The translations under genes and the position numbers were made by a program. Of a stretch of DNA of 64,000 nucleotides, positions 63,095 to 64,000 are shown piece after piece. The notes below the pieces were generated by a model. The model searched no databases, was not told the DNA's origin, and saw only the letters and a program-made list of their open reading frames with translations. The stretch is from an uncultured Nitrospiraceae bacterium (GTDB lineage Bacteria; Nitrospirota; Thermodesulfovibrionia; Thermodesulfovibrionales; SM23-35): positions 1,344,001 through 1,408,000 of the forward strand of contig CAVSHB010000001.1 of the NCBI GenBank assembly GCA_963727775.1, written 5' to 3'. Within the stretch, counting starts at the first letter, position 1. The number at the start of each line of letters is the position of its first letter.

Positions 63095-64000
63095 GGATGG
63101 CTTCACCGTGGACATCTTCTGCCGCTTCCGCCAGAGTTTCCGAAAGAGTAGGATGGGCGTGTATTGTTTCAGCAATGTCTTTTGCTGTAAGGCCGTGCTT
63201 TATAGCAAGGACTGCTTCATGAATAAGATCAGAGGCATGCGGTCCGATGATGTGCACACCCAATACCCTGTCCGATGATTGATCGGCCACTATTTTGATG
63301 AGTCCTTCGATCTCGCCGAGTATATGCGCTTTTGCCGAAGCTCTAAACTGGAAATGCCCTGTCCTTATCTTGAGCCCATTTTCCTCCGCCTGTTGTTCTC
63401 TAATCCCTACTGAGGCGATCTCAGGTGATGTAAATATCGCGGCAGGGACAACCGTGTAATCCATAATATCGTTTCCTCCCATTATATTCCTTGCAGCGAC
63501 GATCCCCTGTCTTGAGGCGACATGAGCAAGCAACAACCCGCCGGTGACATCCCCTATGGCGTACACGCCGGGGAGGTTTGTCTGCATCTTTTCGTCGACG
63601 ATGATCTCACCGCAGACACCCTTCAGTACGCCTGTCTCTTCCGTTCCTATCCCGGCGCTGTTAAAAATCCTTCCTACGGATACGAGGACCTTCTCGGCAA
63701 CAATTTCCTTTCCGTCCGTAAGCAGGACATGAACCCCGTCGTTTTTTATATCTACTTTTTCAGCTTTGACACCTGTGTGTAATTTTATCTTTTTCTTTTT
63801 TAATTCTCTTTCAAGTAGCTCCGATATCTCACTGTCTTCCGTTGCGACCGCCCTCGGCAGCATCTCGACCATCGTTATTTCAGAGCCGAGTTCTTTGAAG
63901 ATAAATGCGAACTCGCAGCCGATAACCCCTGCCCCTATGATGAGAATGCTTTTTGGTATTTTCTGTAGTTTGAGAATATCATCGCTGGACAGTATTTTAT
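63078..64000 (-). CDS. lpdA: Dihydrolipoamide dehydrogenase (3' part; 5' end beyond the window)
   Basis: IIGAGVIGCEFA, YAIGDV, LAHVA, FTSPEIA and HAHPTLSE motifs. Confidence 0.93.

Overview
Bacterial chromosomal window. The gene set and protein style suggest an anaerobic Nitrospirota (Thermodesulfovibrionia-like) or deltaproteobacterial genome; this is an inference. Bases 1-14177 are core genes: ychF, degQ, larC, purM, an M23 peptidase with a bactofilin, a selenocysteine formate dehydrogenase operon, prmC, bioA and tRNA-Leu(CAG). Bases ~14180-34430 form a ~20 kb accessory metal-homeostasis island. It starts at the tRNA 3' end and is bracketed by an IS1380 element and IS1380-like miniature elements. 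It carries a RAPP-type (DUF2946-like) leader peptide ahead of a porin and metal ABC transporter, a TonB-dependent receptor with exbBD-tonB behind a leader with repeated hairpin-terminator units, a His-rich peptide, SCO, copC/copD, a Cys-rich periplasmic protein and gene-fragment scars. Bases 34470-64000 are core genes again (pilZ/pilT, moaC, mtnA, a split MgtE/NRAMP pair, murA, glgP, ffh, trxA, tatBC, HEAT plus HD-GYP, an IS200 element, GH57, ftsB, eno, a frameshifted hypothetical gene, lpdA). The strongest novelty candidates are two RNA/translation-level regulatory devices in the metal island.
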